From Candidatus Latescibacterota bacterium (GTDB taxonomy: Bacteria > Latescibacterota > UBA2968 > GCA-2709665), in assembly GCA_965248435.1 (NCBI GenBank), contig OZ252100.1:1504001-1568000 (forward strand): DNA of 64,000 bases. The letters run 5' to 3'. The translations under genes were made by a program, and so were the position numbers. Below the pieces are notes generated by a model, which was given only the letters and a program-made list of their open reading frames with translations, did no database searches and was not told where the DNA came from. Positions 42,601 to 49,797 of this stretch are shown piece after piece. Numbering within the stretch: position 1 is the first letter of the stretch; the number at the start of each line of letters is the position of its first letter.

Positions 42601-42872
42601 GTAGCGCCATCCCCGTCGGAATCTTCGGCGGCCAGCGTGGCATCCCAGAAGGCCTCCTGCCCGTTCGGTGTGACGCGCGCCTCTACAGCCTGTCCGAATA
42701 GGTTGCGATCGCCTCCCCCGGCCGGGTTGACGTGACAGTTGGCGCAGCTATTCTCTGAGCCATTCGGGAGCATCCCGGGCCTGAAGGAGCGGGCCTGAAC
42801 TTCGGTAGCACCCCACCCACACGTGAGCCCGGCCAGGAGCGCAAGTGAACCAACCATTTTGAGCAATGACAT
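33636..42872 (-). CDS. Giant secreted acidic protein (~3078 aa): temptin-like CxxCH domain, two dockerin-like modules, several cohesin-like domains, many DUF5666-like repeats, Ig-like domains, C-terminal FlgD-Ig/secretion tail
   Basis: Signal peptide ending 'VQA'; 'CANCH..GGG.RN.FG..DSDGDG.TNGEELGDP'; 'DLDGNGNVDFFD..DFDGDGQVG.DD'; C-terminal ~310 aa paralogous to the 1962-aa protein; AGGGG SD before ATG 42872. Confidence 0.85.
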   Translation of the reverse strand: MSLLKMVGSLALLAGLTCGWGATEVQARSFRPGMLPNGSENSCANCHVNPAGGGDRNLFGQAVEARVTPNGQEAFWDATLAAEDSDGDGATNGEELGDPDGDGTAEAGVQVFLPGDANSVPPPPEPTGPSPDLDGNGNVDFFDLLEIANRARLANAGEPDFDDGLDFDGDGQVGIDDLLIFARNFNLSVDQLNLERPPDGIGPNAGAILSFDADVGNGLNDGLTNGFVGPVGSIFSVEVFIEPLQTSIDGARIRLEVDPSLLRVRDFIEAGGTAVKATNDFGLAVAFAGGLDLGESGFLGTVEFETTSDMTDIPTRVGVEFATVMEAGTQLRNDLDLSHAEILFNTQGPGEPQPVGPVPVASIDVAAEVLCIAGPSFQIESDDLTVEFPDGSVLTVAEARASGLVPPGTLIGVDFVHVDFGPPVATHIRVLDEAAGVGPVEGQMVGVVEQAVIEIGEVFLADECFLLTSESEVVEGEVFISLDDLNEKDIVIVTSGPPLAGDDRPTALKIERVEVAPPPEPFHDRGPVGLIEPENDLFCIEGPLFKIDREDLPVLLPDGTEMPVLDAAASGLIGSDTPVEVEIAFLEGGPPVALHIRVLNEESEAEPRENTIVGRIDGAELGVGEVQFAGRCFLLTDGTEVVEGGLPLPLDALNLGDEVLVTYDGGPVAGDLETAVRIERLHVAPVAFGRVVHIDFEGGSFDIESDEGLIETVLVLDHTEFVIRRSGPNGEDGSDDPTAVTKQADGESEEPFFDEEFVGFDALQVEDHVDVFGERNADGVIEADKVVIFRGEEPAVGGRVTHIDFEGSSFEVEVGPELFETVLVLDHTEFVIRQPGPHPENGIDDNPPLTKQVDGEEPFHDEFVGFDALQVNDHVEVFGERNADGVIEARFVAITRGDRPEVAGRVVHIDFEADLFEVEAGPELIETVLVLDHTEFVIRRSGPNGEDGSDDPTAVTKQADGESEEPFQDEFVGFDALQVEDHVEVFGERNADGVIEADKVVIFRGEEQPHPVVAGRVAHIDFDASLFEVEAAPDLIETVLVLGHTEFVIRRPGPNGEDGSDDPTAVTKQADGEFDEPFFDEEFVGFDALQVDDHVDVFGGRNADGVIEADKVVIFQGDERPPGQGPVGAISEISFDESFICIRGPVIRLEHPEIPVEFGDGFVLPVRDAEQRAELSRGTPVAIDVEFRHEGEPPVAHRIRVIHADELGEVPPDVLLGIVEEVNVREGSIRLAGLCFRLTDGTGATEDGIEIALEDLIPKDIVRVTPGPREPKDDLPTAETIERFERALVPIQVVSFTLGGQVLDEDVANPPLAPGLNDAELVFNEPVEVFGGEPENVEFQSFPPLVLEEDILDLQVGDDETTLTATFDLPEETTYQAFVGDPDVENLGDLSQFFFGTTDLQDVTLSGSAFHPDGRNLGPFTLVGLLNLDFLDAVGGLFKPATKAAVARAAKQVAAKQDEFDDEFSDDEGADLEVIVNSFVRVVQVDETSSFEVPFVPDGEYFLFVVDVRDITSFIGFPDEDGDGIPDVIEVSGQSISGLEIPLEKLRFEVEEFHEEGIVIAEVDRENGFVFVRTPEGPFRIDVSDATIFDREGEEIDLQEFNPGSRVNAWGTVFDDGSISLFELQVIEFEGPRSIFGRVISIQLPEADRPGRMSLAAAGFRFNEFETRVEDSSGRRISPLDLHPGLSVIILFRETEEMGQRGLIAEGIRVLRPGEPAPPPEPDLFVGQIADINFNERLIFGAVSLALFEGTEYFDRDGNETEVQPGSDVRVIPTETRFGIAARRVDVVREPGERAPEEILSAVFLINGEEVPVAGAVGVPLAAEARVTFNVPLSEIALDAVEVFVYSQETDTDVEVQKSVDADGNLVLEMTLSADDVYDGEIALESGAFFFATFTTSDALPSLLVESIDPEDGATNVGTVTTISVTFNRELNTDGDEVDAELFILPIPEGFTEIAGKITRALQGDENGGTDFGRPRISDDHLTISVDVELRPDQSYLVVIPDAGDVDGFRLNEIFKSRFSTGEPPTSTVAGSFVFPPNAQLDPVLRNGAGFVYMLPAELELGDLEGDEPERLGVAFDVTQSGDFEMPVSAGTYIVEGFVFIEEGPDGVEQGLVGTYQDDNGEPLELVVGDGVEITDIEIRVVSELRVTATRPFPGQTNLPAGVTTLSVQFSEPLAQHRGTPVLKAEIRPHIRNFDLQRSSQDPRRVETDVRLQADTDYVVIIHYARGVSGAELFDLFEIPISTRSEFGGGIVGGLVVRSDGLDPKGKVILGIPAEERLIAESRIRSDGSFGFENIPGVEFGLFAELTLDDGRKVYGTVDEDGDGKPDLFAIEPGEEITDLTIEVFVPEAPVAGETGGNEGATLSFDFDSGAGDGGDTVADLSPGDQFSVAVYVEGATALTAFDVTIGYDSQFLALEDDPEPESDEEGDNILTLNDGFGAFLNRVGEEGKGHLTGAILDPDDDVVVTGGGLLGVLNFVVLESFTTGTTELTIEGTFNLNLDEATSDAIGTVSVEALTGSIGLTADPSIVTDDGEDASTVEAQILDLEGNLQDDDNATVVTFSVDGVGVLSDEEVTVTNGVATTELTSDTAGSATVSASASGAQTATVEVAVIPGAGVSGAAAGPIALDLDLATGDGGVRFRTAEATIDEKLVVDVVAVSGAQDFAGVNLVLNYGVDAVAFDDFEESDLFSGALVIAAKGEGTLQISVAHTGGLVERDAGSIGQATFTALKDGVASVVLVSASFATASLEEFEQEIGAGGQTVTFGGTAAVRVGDIDGDGLVGFLDFVALGISFLKSEGDPLYNVDADLDGDGTVSFLDFVAFSINFNKKVVDIVLTKPVLPPVRNPNGKAELDLVPVQSQKSGEVDLLVRLNQVDEVGGFNLKVNYDPSAMAWLGAESQSVSRFANESGPAGVAIEDASRSGEVVLSDIFAAEGRLRGEGDLVRLKFRVLEETVGGRVEIAEALISDGWGQIRTILGSHLAEVRALPQDYALNQNFPNPFNPETQIVYQIPEASDVTLRIYNVLGQEVRVLEQGRKEAGFYRARWDGTDAFGRPVSSGIYFTQMVAEGFMDIRKMLLLK
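39520..40810 (-). repeat. Four tandem intragenic ~320-340 bp repeats encoding DUF5666-like units
   Basis: 'IETVLVLDHTEFVIRR.GP...TKQ.DGE...EFVGFDALQV.DHV.VFG.RNADGVIEA' four times; about 130 nt identical between the copies ending near 40104 and 40749. Confidence 0.9.
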
Positions 42873-43335
42873 ATTCGATTTCCCCCTAAGAATTTGTTGA
42901 ACTCGTGCACATTTCCACATTATAGTATCGGCCTTCCAACTCAAAAAGAAGTGATTGTCGTCACCATCCAAAAATTTCGCTCGCAGTCAACACGGATTTT
43001 GCGAAAAGAACGGCGCAATATAGCTGGGGGTGAATATCTCTGCAACTGGTTTTTCGGCGTAAAAATCACCAACTTAGGAGAATCGGGGCACTGGAGGGTG
43101 TGTTGCGGGCAGTCCGGATTGAAGCATCAGGAGAGGGAAATCGTCGGGTCTTTTTTTTCGACGCAAATCGCTGTGAAAAGGTCCAAAAAGTCCTTGCAGT
43201 TTTATTAATATACATTTAACATGGCCGAAATCTGACCGAAACACAGGCCGGATATATTCACGAAATCCTATTACCCTGAAGCGCTCTACCGATTCCTCCT
43301 CAAGAAGAATCCTTCCCTTGAAAGGAGCAGGAAAA

Positions 43336-44754
43336 ATGGCGAAGACCCCTCGAGATGTATTCGATACCATCAAGCAGCGGGACATCAAGATCATCGACCT
43401 CCGGTTCATGGACTTCCCCGGTTCCTGGCAGCACTTCTCCATGCCGACCACCGAGTTTGAAGAAGACCTCTTTGAAGACGGCATCGGGTTCGACGGCTCC
43501 AGCATCCGGGGCTGGCAGGCCATCAACGAAAGCGACATGCTGGTCGTCCCCGATCCGACTACGGCCTTTGTCGACCCGTTTCTCAGCATTCCTACGCTCG
43601 TACTGATCTGCGATATCGTCGATCCCGTGACCCGCAGCAAGTACACACGGGACCCACGGGCGGTCGCCTTGAAGGCGGAAAACTACCTGAAATCCACCGG
43701 GATTGCCGACACGGCCTACTTTGGTCCAGAAGCCGAGTTCTTCGTGTTCGACGACGTCCGCTTCGACCAAACCCATAATTCCGGCTACTACTACGTGGAT
43801 TCCGCGGAGGGCAGGTGGAATACGGGCAAGGATGAAGGCCCCAACCTGGGCCATAAGCCGCGCTACAAGGAAGGGTATTTTCCCGTACCCCCAAGTGACT
43901 CCCAGCAGGACCTCAGGAGCGAGATGATCCTGCACATGATCGACGCCGGGCTCAACGCCGAGGCCCACCACCACGAGGTATCGACCGGCGGCCAGGGAGA
44001 GATCGACATCAAGTTCGCCCCGCTGGTCAGCTGTGCGGATCAGCTCGTCATCTACAAGTATATCGTGAAGAACACCGCCAGGAAGCACAACAAGACCGCC
44101 ACATTCATGCCGAAGCCGATCTTCGAGGACAACGGGACGGGAATGCACGTCCACCAGAGCCTCTGGAACGGAGACGAGCCTATTTTTGCAGGATCTGGCT
44201 ACGCAGGATTGAGCGAGACGGCCCTACACTACATTGGCGGTCTCTTGAAGCACGCGCCCGCGCTGCTCGCGTTTGCGGCACCGACCACGAACTCCTACAA
44301 GCGGCTCGTCCCGGGCTACGAGGCGCCAGTCAACCTGGCCTACTCGCAGCGCAATCGGAGTGCGGCAGTGCGTATTCCGGTCTACCACGGGGACGCCAAG
44401 GCCAAGCGAGCCGAGTTCCGGTGTCCCGACCCCAGCTGCAACCCCTACCTCACCTTTAGCGCGATGCTCATGGCAGGGCTGGACGGGATCCTGAACAAGA
44501 TCGACCCGGGCAACCCGCTCGATAAGGACCTCTACGACCTGGAGCCTGAGGAAGCGGCCGAGATTCCTCAGACGCCGGGATCTCTCGATGAAGCCCTGGG
44601 CGCCCTGAAGCAGGATCACGAATTCCTGTTGAAGGGAGACGTGTTTACGGAGGACGTCATCAGTACGTGGATCGACTACAAAATGGAGAACGAAGTCGAC
44701 GCCATACGGCTGAGGCCTCACCCGTATGAATTCGCCCTCTATTACGATGTGTAG
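43336..44754 (+). CDS. glnA: Glutamine synthetase type I
   Basis: 'FDGSSI.GW', 'GPEAEF', 'HHHEV', '[18 protein letters not shown]', '[13 protein letters not shown]', adenylylation-site region 'DLYDL'; AGGAG SD. Confidence 0.97.
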   Translation: MAKTPRDVFDTIKQRDIKIIDLRFMDFPGSWQHFSMPTTEFEEDLFEDGIGFDGSSIRGWQAINESDMLVVPDPTTAFVDPFLSIPTLVLICDIVDPVTRSKYTRDPRAVALKAENYLKSTGIADTAYFGPEAEFFVFDDVRFDQTHNSGYYYVDSAEGRWNTGKDEGPNLGHKPRYKEGYFPVPPSDSQQDLRSEMILHMIDAGLNAEAHHHEVSTGGQGEIDIKFAPLVSCADQLVIYKYIVKNTARKHNKTATFMPKPIFEDNGTGMHVHQSLWNGDEPIFAGSGYAGLSETALHYIGGLLKHAPALLAFAAPTTNSYKRLVPGYEAPVNLAYSQRNRSAAVRIPVYHGDAKAKRAEFRCPDPSCNPYLTFSAMLMAGLDGILNKIDPGNPLDKDLYDLEPEEAAEIPQTPGSLDEALGALKQDHEFLLKGDVFTEDVISTWIDYKMENEVDAIRLRPHPYEFALYYDV

Positions 44755-44771
44755 CAAATAAGCGATTCAGC

Positions 44772-44809
44772 AAAGCGGGGGGCTACTTGCTGGCCCCCCG
44801 CTTTTTTTT
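44772..44809 (+). terminator. Rho-independent terminator of glnA
   Basis: aaagcggggggct..ggccccccgc followed by T8. Confidence 0.85.
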
Positions 44810-44826
44810 GCGCCTGGTTATGGCCT

Positions 44827-44854
44827 GTAGAGACGCGGTGATGCCGCGTCTCTA
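44827..44854. repeat. GTAGAGACG-type REP-like palindrome (variant)
   Basis: gtagagacgcggtgatgccgcgtctcta. Confidence 0.65.
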
Positions 44855-44907
44855 TCACGTCGATCCGGTCCCCGAAAACCCTGGGTCGAAATACGAGATA
44901 CGTGATC

Positions 44908-44941
44908 AAAAAGAAGGCGTCGGCCCATTAGGGCCGACGCC
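44908..44941 (-). terminator. Rho-independent terminator of flgM
   Basis: ggcgtcggccc-atta-gggccgacgcc with adjacent A-rich tract. Confidence 0.7.
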
Positions 44942-45036
44942 GATCGTTTTCGCAGATTCTGGCTGGCAAACAGAAAAGGCGAGAAGTCGATGATGCTCCT
45001 CTCGCCTCGATCTCATACTGACGGAATGTTGACTAA

Positions 45037-45492
45037 CTATCCGACCAATCCATCCAGCACTCTATCCGCGACTTGAACCGCCGCCCCGCTGGAATTGTAG
45101 AAGCCTGATGCGACCCGTTCTGTGGCTTGTGCGATTCGATCTTGCCTCACCTCGGGCAGGTCTGCGACCGCGGAACGGAGGGTGCTGACTTCCTTGACCT
45201 CCTCGGCGACGCCGCTCACGATCCCCGAATTGAGGACGGCGTCGGCAATGGCCCGAAGCACCTCGGGACGATCGTAATAGCCGCTTGCTACTCGCCGTCT
45301 GACCTCCTCAACGAGCTTCCCGCGGACGTCATCGACCGATCCCAGATCTACCTGGCCAAGCTCCCGAGCGGCGTGCGAGATCTGGACGACATCCCCGCCA
45401 TTCGGCACATTTCGCCGCCTTCTTACCTCTGCTTCGCGTCGCTCCGTAGTTTCCGGGCCGCGTATCTGATTTATGGCATTCTCAATTCTCAT
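45037..45492 (-). CDS. flgM: Anti-sigma-28 factor FlgM with tandem FlgM-like domains
   Basis: 'DVVQIS..AREL', 'DVRGKLVEEVRRRVASGYY' and 'PEVRQDRIAQATERVASGFY'; flagellar context. Confidence 0.75.
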   Translation of the reverse strand: MRIENAINQIRGPETTERREAEVRRRRNVPNGGDVVQISHAARELGQVDLGSVDDVRGKLVEEVRRRVASGYYDRPEVLRAIADAVLNSGIVSGVAEEVKEVSTLRSAVADLPEVRQDRIAQATERVASGFYNSSGAAVQVADRVLDGLVG

Positions 45493-45512
45493 GCTTTACC
45501 CTCTGTCATGAT

Positions 45513-45539
45513 ATATCGGTCATGCCGGAGGAATCTTGA
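45513..45539 (-). promoter_or_regulatory. sigma-28 promoter of flgM
   Basis: Minus strand TCAA-N15-ACCGATAT versus consensus TAAA-N15-GCCGATAA. Confidence 0.6.
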
Positions 45540-45659
45540 GGCCTTTTCGAATCCCTGGGGCTGCCTGATTTTCCTGTAGCGAGCTTCCAAAGTAACTTTA
45601 TTAAATATAATATGTTATCTCACACCGCGAGCCGGAAGTTTTTGCCGGTTCACGGCCCC

Positions 45660-46106
45660 TTACCGGGCCTTGTCCACGAAGCGCGCGGCCTGCCCCGGTC
45701 GCCGCTGAAAATAGGCGCGGGCCGCCTTGGACTGGGAGTTCAGGTCGGTCATTTGCTTCCTGACATCTCCCATGGACTGCTTGATCATCGAGGCATTCCG
45801 GTCTTTGACCTCTTGAATCTCCCCGATAAGCTCCCGGATCTTGTCGACAACCCCATCCATCGCCCTCTTTTCTACAACAGGACGATCGGATCCCAGCGAA
45901 CCCCAGCTCTGACGGAGCGGTGTCAGGGAGGCCTCCAGGTCCCGGATCTTGCGCATCAGCCCCCTCACTTCGGATGACCCGGAAGTCAGACGGGCAACAT
46001 CCATGACTTCGATGTAAGCGGTCTGCTTCTGCACGGCATCCTTCATATTGACGTAGTGGGAGACCTGCTCGTGCAAAAGCTTCACAATCTTGGACCCGAG
46101 TTCCAT
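45660..46106 (-). CDS. flgN: Flagellar export chaperone, FlgN family
   Basis: Helical 148 aa ending 'AARAY.....AARFVDK.R'; between fliS and flgM. Confidence 0.6.
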   Translation of the reverse strand: MELGSKIVKLLHEQVSHYVNMKDAVQKQTAYIEVMDVARLTSGSSEVRGLMRKIRDLEASLTPLRQSWGSLGSDRPVVEKRAMDGVVDKIRELIGEIQEVKDRNASMIKQSMGDVRKQMTDLNSQSKAARAYFQRRPGQAARFVDKAR

Positions 46107-46113
46107 CCTGTGT

Positions 46114-46536
46114 TCAACCCTCTATGCTAAAGCTTGAAGTTGTAACATCCCCCTGGATGTTCCCCTCGACCTGCTGAATCGCGACCTCCCAGGCCGCGTA
46201 GAGTGTTTCCAATATCTGGATCGCCTCGTTGACGGCTTCCTTGTCCACGTTCAGATTCGCGTCGAGCAGGCGACGGTATACGTAGAGGTAGAGCTGACGC
46301 AGGGATTGGGGGATTTCTCCTGCCTCCATATCCAGCGCGAGGTTCAGCTCCATGATGATGTCCTGGGCTTTGATCAACTGATTGCCCTTGCCCTCGAAAT
46401 CATTCTTTTCGATCAACGCCAAAGACTTCTTCAGTGCCTTGATGGCGCCCTGATATAGCATCAGGATCAACTTGCCTCGAGGGGCGGTGCTGATCTGTAC
46501 TTCCTTGTACTGACCAAATTGCTTCGAGCTTTCCAT
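46114..46536 (-). CDS. fliS: Flagellin chaperone FliS
   Basis: 'TAP..LILMLY.GAI', 'KAQDII.EL..ALDM..GEI...L..LY.Y..RRL..AN'. Confidence 0.93.
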   Translation of the reverse strand: MESSKQFGQYKEVQISTAPRGKLILMLYQGAIKALKKSLALIEKNDFEGKGNQLIKAQDIIMELNLALDMEAGEIPQSLRQLYLYVYRRLLDANLNVDKEAVNEAIQILETLYAAWEVAIQQVEGNIQGDVTTSSFSIEG

Positions 46537-46570
46537 TCGCTTTCTAACTCCTTAGTGAACCATTCTCGGC

Positions 46571-49500
46571 TTAGTTCCTTGCCGTGGCTGCACCAATAGA
46601 CGCGAGCTGGGCACCAAGGAATGAACCGAGAGCATTGAACTCAGCGAGTGTCGTCTCCATAGCCGTAAACTGCCTCTGCAGTGTCTGTCGGGTAATCAGC
46701 AGACGGTCCTCCATCGATTCGATCTGGTCCTGGGCGGCATCAATCGTGTCCTGGATCGCATCCTGTCGGGTGGCCACGAGACCCGATAGTGGGTCCGTGA
46801 TCGAATTCAGGGTCCGTCTGAGCTGATCCGCCACGCCCTGCGTGATCTTGACCGTCCCCTGATCACTGCCCTGCGAGATCAGCTCGCTGGGTGTGAGCAG
46901 CGCCCGTAGAGAAAGTCCGGCCACGTTCCCCGATCCGGAATCACCGGTCAGAATCCGTCCAACTCCTGTGGCCAACTCTCCGTTGATCGTGCCCACGACG
47001 TCAACACCATTGAAGGTATCGTCTGTGATCCCGGTCTCATTGCTGCTCTGGCTTACCGCAAAACCGGCTCCCGAGCCGTAGGCATCAGACGCCAGCTTGA
47101 GCTGACCCCCTTCGTTGGAGGCTGTCACATCGATCGCGAAACGGCCCTCCGTGCTCACTTCGATGCTTCCGAAATTGAGGTTGCCTCCTCCCTCATTGCG
47201 CTCGATCAGGGCCAGCGTGATCTGGCTGGTTCCGACCTGATTGTCCGTAATCACGATTCGCCCGCTGGAATCCACACTCGCCGACACACCGCCCTGCATG
47301 AGGCTTCGGACCTCCGCTAAGAGGTCGTTGACGGTCTGAGTGGCAGGATCTGAGATCGTGAACGTCCCTGAAACCCGCTCTCCGTTGTGGAGGTTCCCCT
47401 GGATATCGATCGTGTCGTCGGCCGCAACATTAGCGCCGAAGATGGTGTCGAAGGTGTTATCGGCACTGATGGACGTCGCGCCATCCGAAGTGTTCGACAG
47501 AGACCCGGTTCGGACCTCGGCGACACTGGTGCTCAAGGCGCTGTTGATCTTGTTCACAATGTCATCTGTATCCTCACCCACCACCAGGTCTATGGATTCC
47601 GATCGGTTGCTCACGACGTCTGTAATCGAGATGGTTTCCGGATTCAAAAGACCGGCCGACAGGTCGACCGTGCCCTGAACAGAGGCTTGCTCAGCCGCCG
47701 TAGTAACAGAAACATCATAGGTCCCTGCGGTGGTATCGTCATTCTGGAATACGAATTCGATGTTTGAATCGGAGGCCGATCCTTTTGCCACGAGGACCCG
47801 CTCCAGGTCATCCAGATTGTTATTCAGGGCGTCGTCCAGCCGAGCGCTGTCGATCTCCAGCTGACCGTCCCGATTAAAGGCGACGCCGAACAGAGACAGG
47901 CTATCCTCATCCTGGACGAGCCCGCTCACAGGACTCGTCACAACGCTACGCAATTGACTCTGCAGAGTCAACAGGGTCGAGTCCCCGGAGAGGGGTCCAG
48001 AGGACTGTGTGTCTTCGTTGAACACGAACTGCTGGCTGACGAGCGAAAGCGCGTTGTTGTAGTCGGCGACAAAGCTCTCGATCGATCCCCGGATGGCCCC
48101 CGTATCCTGTTCTACGGAAACCGTCGCAGTCGTCCCGGGCTCTGCCTTGTTCAGGTCAAGGTTCACGCCTGCAAGGGCGTCCGTCACGGTGTTGCTCGTT
48201 CGGGTCAGGGTCACCCCGTTCACCCGCAGCACAGCGTCCTGCCCGGCGGTTTCGCGGGAAAGCGCGTTCTGGCCCTCGGTGGATACACTCATGCTGCCGA
48301 AGGTGAGCGACCCGCCCGCCTCGTTGTTGGGCTGCAGGGACACGGAAAGCTGGCTCGTGCCTGCCACACTGTCGGTCACGACCACCTGACCGGCCGAATT
48401 GATGCTGGCGGTCACGCCTCCGAACGTCGTCTCGATCTCGTCCAGAAGGTCCTGGAGTCGATCACTGTTTACGCTCGAAACGGTAAACGATCCTGAGGCG
48501 GACGTGCCGTCCCGCGTCGTACCGGAGATGGTAATGGTATCGCCGTTCGTGACAGCAGCGCCGAAGATATCGCTGAATTTAGTATTCGCATCTACCGGTG
48601 TCGATCCGTCGGTGGTGTTGGAAACGGTGCCGGTGTGGACCTCCGCCACCGCAGCGGACACCTGCGCAGTGCCCTTCAGGATTCCGAGGGCCTCCAGCAC
48701 ATTGTTGTCATCCACGAACGTCGTGGTGCCGTCGATCTGAAGCTGGAAGAAGGTACTCCCGTCAACCTCTTCTGAAATCAGGCTGGTCGTCACCCCCGTG
48801 ATCGCATTTTTGATGTCTGTCAAAGACTGAGTCGCAAGGTCGATGGTAACCGTCTGATTGCCGATCGTGACCGTACCGGAAGGCGCAGCGCCTAAGCCCA
48901 TCAGGCTTCCAACAGAGGTCGTACTGCTCGCAAACGAGTCCGATTGGGCGCCGTTTCCAGAGACCAGGCTCTTGATCGACGTGGCCGTGCCCGTGAACCC
49001 GAGCGTCTGTAGGAGGTCGGTCGTGCTGGCGTCTTGCAGGCCGAATCCCCCGGCACCCTGTTCTTCGCTCGTAAGCAGGAGGCGATGGTCCGTCTCGGTA
49101 ACCTGAAGGATTTGGGCCTGAACGCCGGCGTCCGCGTTGTTAACCGCGTCCCGAACCGTGAGTAGATCATCTGTGTTCGAGATCGACACGGCCTTTCCAT
49201 TCACCAGGATCTCACCGGCGATGCCCAGGGCCTCAGTGCTGCTCGAGAAAGATCCGGAAGATCGGCTCGCAGTCTGCGCCAGGGATAACACTTCTACAGA
49301 GAAGTCGCCAGGACTCGCAGACCCGCTTGCGGTGGCGCTCACCAGGTCTGAATCACTCGAGGAGACGGTGAAAACGTCGAAGCCAGACGCATCTGAAAGT
49401 GTATCGGCACGATTCAAGACCGAGAGCAGGCTCGTGTTGATTCCCTGGAGCACACTGAGCTTGATCTCCTCCTGGACCTGCTGGTTCTCGAGCAGGACGA

Positions 49501-49591
49501 TGGGACGCCGCTCAATGGCGATCAATTGCTCAACGATCGTCGCAGAATCGATTCCGGAGCTCAGGCCGGAAAAGCTGATCCCTCGGCTCAT
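46571..49591 (-). CDS. fliD: Flagellar filament cap protein FliD (enlarged, 1006 aa)
   Basis: N-terminal 'FSGLSSGID..IVEQL..ER.P', 'GQDA..VNG..TR.SNTV', C-terminal 'QFTAME'. Confidence 0.92.
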   Translation of the reverse strand: MSRGISFSGLSSGIDSATIVEQLIAIERRPIVLLENQQVQEEIKLSVLQGINTSLLSVLNRADTLSDASGFDVFTVSSSDSDLVSATASGSASPGDFSVEVLSLAQTASRSSGSFSSSTEALGIAGEILVNGKAVSISNTDDLLTVRDAVNNADAGVQAQILQVTETDHRLLLTSEEQGAGGFGLQDASTTDLLQTLGFTGTATSIKSLVSGNGAQSDSFASSTTSVGSLMGLGAAPSGTVTIGNQTVTIDLATQSLTDIKNAITGVTTSLISEEVDGSTFFQLQIDGTTTFVDDNNVLEALGILKGTAQVSAAVAEVHTGTVSNTTDGSTPVDANTKFSDIFGAAVTNGDTITISGTTRDGTSASGSFTVSSVNSDRLQDLLDEIETTFGGVTASINSAGQVVVTDSVAGTSQLSVSLQPNNEAGGSLTFGSMSVSTEGQNALSRETAGQDAVLRVNGVTLTRTSNTVTDALAGVNLDLNKAEPGTTATVSVEQDTGAIRGSIESFVADYNNALSLVSQQFVFNEDTQSSGPLSGDSTLLTLQSQLRSVVTSPVSGLVQDEDSLSLFGVAFNRDGQLEIDSARLDDALNNNLDDLERVLVAKGSASDSNIEFVFQNDDTTAGTYDVSVTTAAEQASVQGTVDLSAGLLNPETISITDVVSNRSESIDLVVGEDTDDIVNKINSALSTSVAEVRTGSLSNTSDGATSISADNTFDTIFGANVAADDTIDIQGNLHNGERVSGTFTISDPATQTVNDLLAEVRSLMQGGVSASVDSSGRIVITDNQVGTSQITLALIERNEGGGNLNFGSIEVSTEGRFAIDVTASNEGGQLKLASDAYGSGAGFAVSQSSNETGITDDTFNGVDVVGTINGELATGVGRILTGDSGSGNVAGLSLRALLTPSELISQGSDQGTVKITQGVADQLRRTLNSITDPLSGLVATRQDAIQDTIDAAQDQIESMEDRLLITRQTLQRQFTAMETTLAEFNALGSFLGAQLASIGAATARN

Positions 49592-49759
49592 ATGGTCCTT
49601 GTCCTGTGGAAAGGCCTCCGCCCCGCTGGAAGGCTCGGGGCAGCCCTATCTAACCAATCGGTATCCTGCGGAGTAACTTTATCTCTAGTACAGAGAAACG
49701 CGGACACCTCGCCCCTCCTTGCGAACTGCCCGCTGCTTCCGTGCAGCGAAAATGCTACT

Positions 49760-49795
49760 GAGATCGACTGCCGGGTCTACCCGGCAGTCGATCTC
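49760..49795. other. Perfect hairpin between flaG and fliD
   Basis: gagatcgactgccggg-tcta-cccggcagtcgatctc, no U tract. Confidence 0.6.
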
Positions 49796-49797
49796 TA

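Noticed and set aside
42873-42971. N-terminal extension of the 3111-aa ORF, and similar extensions at 1998, 2329, 9656, 22678 and 33744
   Set aside because: Downstream ATGs have better SD or signal-peptide context, or the extensions overlap neighbouring genes
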